A stretch of 64,000 nt of DNA, taken from the NCBI GenBank assembly GCA_945913255.1, contig CAMEDC010000004.1, forward strand, positions 24,520-88,519, read 5' to 3'. The notes beneath the pieces were generated by a model, which was given only the letters and a program-made list of their open reading frames with translations, was not told the DNA's origin and did not search any database. Source of the DNA: an uncultured Lachnospiraceae bacterium. Its GTDB lineage: Bacteria; Bacillota; Clostridia; Lachnospirales; Lachnospiraceae. Positions 62,179 through 64,000 of this stretch are shown here, one piece after another. Made by a program: the position numbers and the translations under genes. Each line of letters opens with the position of its first letter. Positions within the stretch are counted from its first letter, which is position 1.

Positions 62179-62287
62179 CTGTACTATACACCATTTGTTT
62201 CTATTTGTAAATAACTAATTTTTGGTAAATTGTCAGATTATTTGTCAATTCGATGTATTGCATTATATTTTCAGAATATATCAGAAA

Positions 62288-63274
62288 TTATTTCTTATAG
62301 AGTCTTCCCTTTACCCAGTGATAAATTCCGGTAAAGGCCTTGTTTTCCGCCATTTTACGCCGCATAGGTGCCAGTGTAAGTGCCATAATCATCTTATACT
62401 TTAAGAGTTCTTTTTTCGGAATATAAGTCGCCGTGATTCTTTTGTGTTCCTGCTTATCTCTCAGTAGATTTGCTTTGCTCTCGGAATATCCGCCGCCCTC
62501 ATAAACAGCAACCGGAAAATCAAGATATACCATCTTTGCACCAGCCTCATAAAAGCACCAGAGAAAATGCTCATAATCCGCACGAATCTTATATTGCAGC
62601 TCATAGGGTTTTTCTTTGCAAAGTACCGCACTGTAAAAACAGGACTGATGGCAGGGAATGTTGCGATAACAGGTAAAACCGGTAATTTCCGGGGGCGCTG
62701 CAATTACTACACTGTTTTTCTCACTGAGGGTATCCCCATACAGCACCAAATTCTCTTTACGCTCCTGTTTTCCACCGGCTTCTTTGCTTTCAATCGTTTC
62801 ACATGCTCCGACCTTTTGCGCCTTATATGCCCCGCTTTTTTGTACCGCTCGCTCCCCGTCAATGACTGCGGCAGTCCTCTCCAGCACCTTTTCATCCGCG
62901 AATAAATCTCCGCAGTTTAAAAACAGGATGTACTCTCCTTTGGCGTGGGAGACCGCCTGGTTCATGGCATCATAGATTCCCTTGTCCGGCTCGCAGAAAA
63001 AGCGTACTCGTGCAAAAGCACTTTCATATTCTGACTCCGACTGGCTACGTGGTTTGCATTCCTGAACTACCACCTCCGGCTGCCCATGCACTGTATTTTT
63101 CTGCGTGACAAAAGAACCGTCCCCCTGGCTCCACATCTCCACCGAGCCGTCCGTGCTGCCGCCGTCCTTTAGGATTACCTCATAGTCCGTATACGACTGG
63201 GCAAAGATGCTGTCCAGCGTTTTTTTCAGTTTTTCTCCCGGATTTAAAGATACTACAATAATAGAAAATTTCAT
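62288..63274 (-). CDS. Glycosyltransferase family 2
   Basis: 328 aa. The N-terminus FSIIVVSLNPGEKLKKTLDSIFAQSYTDYEVILKDGGSTDGS is typical of GT2. There is an ~70-aa insertion before the DxD-equivalent region. Confidence 0.85.
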   Translation of the reverse strand: MKFSIIVVSLNPGEKLKKTLDSIFAQSYTDYEVILKDGGSTDGSVEMWSQGDGSFVTQKNTVHGQPEVVVQECKPRSQSESEYESAFARVRFFCEPDKGIYDAMNQAVSHAKGEYILFLNCGDLFADEKVLERTAAVIDGERAVQKSGAYKAQKVGACETIESKEAGGKQERKENLVLYGDTLSEKNSVVIAAPPEITGFTCYRNIPCHQSCFYSAVLCKEKPYELQYKIRADYEHFLWCFYEAGAKMVYLDFPVAVYEGGGYSESKANLLRDKQEHKRITATYIPKKELLKYKMIMALTLAPMRRKMAENKAFTGIYHWVKGRLYKK

Positions 63275-63354
63275 TTTACCCCGTTTTCCCGCAAACGCTT
63301 CTCTTTCTACAAAGTTTTTTTCTACTAAATTTTCTTTAGAAAAATCTTCTCTCC

Positions 63355-63990
63355 CTATAAAATCCTCTTCTCTCTATTCATCAGAAACAGTCCTGCCACC
63401 CCCAGGCAAAGGAATACTACGCACACAGGCCAGCACATAAAGCCGGACACTGCAATCTGCGTATAATTCAGGCAATATACGAGAATATTGGCAAGCATAT
63501 GAATCGCGATGGGAACCCTGAGGTCACCATAATATTCATAGGCATATCCAATCATGCAACCGATTATGAGCGCATAAATACCTTGAATTGCATTCATATG
63601 ATACATGCCGAAAATCATTCCCGAGAGAAAAATTGACATCTTCACAGGCATACTTCTTCTCATGCAATTGTAGATTACCCCACGGAACAGCACCTCTTCC
63701 GCAAAGGGCGTTACAAGGCCATAGCACAACACCCCCATCAGCAGATTTGCGGAATACTGTTCCTCTGCCACCGATTGATAAGACTCGGAAAGACTAATCA
63801 GCCCGGACAGACTCATAAACAGGTTCAGCCCAATTACAGCACCCACTATGGCAACTGCCAGAAAGGCATAGGTTTTCACCGGATCACCCTTGATATGCAG
63901 CAGCTTCATGCTGTCATTTGCCTTACTGATGGTACGCTTTGCAATGTTTTTGATTGCCAGAGTACCTGCGATAAACCCGATAATCTGCAT
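63355..63990 (-). CDS. CPBP-family intramembrane metalloprotease (CAAX/Abi-like), possibly 5'-truncated by the window edge
   Basis: Motifs EEVLFRG, FGMYH and HMLAN within a multi-TM protein. The frame stays open from 63990 to the window end, so the true start may lie outside the window. Confidence 0.8.
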   Translation of the reverse strand: MQIIGFIAGTLAIKNIAKRTISKANDSMKLLHIKGDPVKTYAFLAVAIVGAVIGLNLFMSLSGLISLSESYQSVAEEQYSANLLMGVLCYGLVTPFAEEVLFRGVIYNCMRRSMPVKMSIFLSGMIFGMYHMNAIQGIYALIIGCMIGYAYEYYGDLRVPIAIHMLANILVYCLNYTQIAVSGFMCWPVCVVFLCLGVAGLFLMNREKRIL

Positions 63991-64000
63991 AACGGTTCCC

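Noticed and set aside
1-64000. Mobile genetic element, prophage or defence island as an explanation for the accessory-looking genes.
   Set aside because: I saw no integrase, transposase, recombinase, tRNA attachment site, long terminal repeats, cas, restriction-modification or toxin-antitoxin signatures. Housekeeping genes (folC, valS, asnA, gltBD) are interspersed throughout.

Overview
This is a 64-kb chromosomal segment from a Gram-positive anaerobe. Gene content, AGGAGG-type ribosome-binding sites, a T-box and a GAAC-N4-GTTC SOS box suggest Clostridia, probably a gut Lachnospiraceae-like organism, but that is inference. I call about 33 protein genes, and all but three (a pdxU-like gene, pdxK, asnA) are on the minus strand. 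I saw no rRNA, tRNA, CRISPR array, transposase, integrase or phage genes. Housekeeping genes are folC, valS with a T-box leader, asnA, gltB-gltD and pdxK. The rest is envelope, surface and carbohydrate biology. (1) One uninterrupted 15.1-kb ORF encodes a 5,035-aa modular surface protein. It has an N-terminal Cys/His motif cluster, a Pro/Thr linker, Listeria-Bacteroides-type repeats, ten Asn/Gly-rich solenoid-like modules (the last three nearly identical at DNA level) and a C-terminal membrane anchor. GH3, GH115-like and SGNH esterase genes flank it. (2) A polytopic-membrane LuxR-type regulator sits next to a four-gene envelope operon: a lipoprotein with ten CxxCxG repeats, MscS, a repeat protein and a LysM protein. 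A 12-nt motif, ACAAATGTCTCA, recurs in front of both the regulator gene and the operon. (3) A cluster of DNA-metabolism genes holds an uncharacterised radical-SAM/partner pair behind a textbook dual LexA-box promoter, a His15-less HPr-like gene, and a PD-(D/E)xK nuclease fused to an XPD/DinG helicase, followed by six DnaA boxes. (4) Two paralogous PadR + DUF1700 + DUF4097 ('toastrack') modules are present, one split and membrane-bound, the other fused and apparently soluble, each with palindromic operators. The best candidates for something undescribed are the giant protein locus, the LuxR/Cys-rich lipoprotein regulon and the SOS-controlled radical-SAM locus. All functional calls come from motif recognition by eye, with no database search.
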